NCBI GenBank assembly: GCA_025057715.1 | Contig: JANWVD010000007.1 | Coordinates: 1 to 14,447, forward strand | DNA: 14,447 nucleotides | From: Aquificaceae bacterium | GTDB taxonomy: Bacteria > Aquificota > Aquificia > Aquificales > Aquificaceae | Direction: 5' to 3' | Part shown: in pieces, positions 14,265 through 14,447 of the stretch | Position numbering within the stretch: position 1 is the first letter of the stretch | Layout: every line of letters begins with the position of its first letter | The notes under the pieces: model-generated | Databases searched by the model: none | What the model was told of the DNA's origin: nothing | Seen by the model: the letters and a program-made list of their open reading frames with translations, nothing else | Translations under genes and position numbers: made by a program

Positions 14265-14447
14265 ATGCAGAGAATTGCATTCAGTTTCTTCGCAACAGAA
14301 AAAGCAGTCCAGGAAGTTATAAGGATTGCCAAGGAAAATAATATTGCAAACCCAGTCTTGAGGGTAAGAGTTGTTCCAGGCGGGTGCTCTGGGTTTCAAT
14401 ACGCAATGGGCTTTGACGAAAATATCGATGACGGCGATAATGTCTTC
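14265..14447 (+). CDS. Fe-S cluster insertion/carrier protein of the HesB/IscA/ErpA family, first 61 codons (runs off the window)
   Basis: The AAGGAGG SD is 6 nt before the ATG at 14265. The translation MQRIAFSFFATEKAVQEVIRIAKENNIANPVLRVRVVPGGCSGFQYAMGFDENIDDGDNVF carries the A-type carrier hallmark GGCSGFQY and the V.V..GGCSGF context. Confidence 0.75.
   Translation, partial: MQRIAFSFFATEKAVQEVIRIAKENNIANPVLRVRVVPGGCSGFQYAMGFDENIDDGDNVF

Noticed and set aside
1-14447. CRISPR arrays, tRNAs, IS elements, phage or defence genes
   Set aside because: I found no direct-repeat arrays, cloverleaf-like sequences, terminal inverted repeats or transposase/integrase-like ORFs when reading through. Gene content is core metabolism and information processing.

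Overview
Dense, mostly housekeeping chromosomal segment. Protein composition is thermophile-like (K/E/R/I-rich) and the gene content would fit an Aquificales-type chemolithoautotroph, but that assignment is only a guess from the sequence. It holds 14 protein genes, 2 of them partial at the window edges, and one non-coding RNA. Reading left to right: the start of a TrkA/KtrA gene (-) that overlaps the stop of a TrkH/KtrB K+ transporter gene (-). Then a divergent AT-rich control region. Then a two-gene periplasmic operon (+) with Shine-Dalgarno sites: a Tat-exported FccB-type sulfide dehydrogenase flavoprotein followed by a Tat-exported Rieske [2Fe-2S] protein. Converging on it, a phosphomanno/phosphoglucomutase (-) with an SPFH/prohibitin membrane protein (-) directly upstream. 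Then leuB (+) translationally coupled, through a TTG start and a strong SD, to a 474-aa signal-peptide protein of unknown function. Then a convergent MidA/NDUFAF7-type SAM methyltransferase (-), a HIT hydrolase (-) and LptB (-). Then divergent RidA (+) overlapping DnaB (+), and a small SRP RNA (ffs, +) wedged in the 94 nt between dnaB and a compact UvrD/PcrA-type helicase (+). Finally the start of an ErpA/IscA Fe-S carrier gene (+). I saw no CRISPR array, tRNA, IS element or phage gene. The parts I would look at again are the flavoprotein-Rieske pairing (the canonical FccB partner is a c-type cytochrome), the leuB-coupled secreted unknown, the dnaB-ffs-uvrD packing, and a G6/G6/C6 hairpin between lptB and hit.
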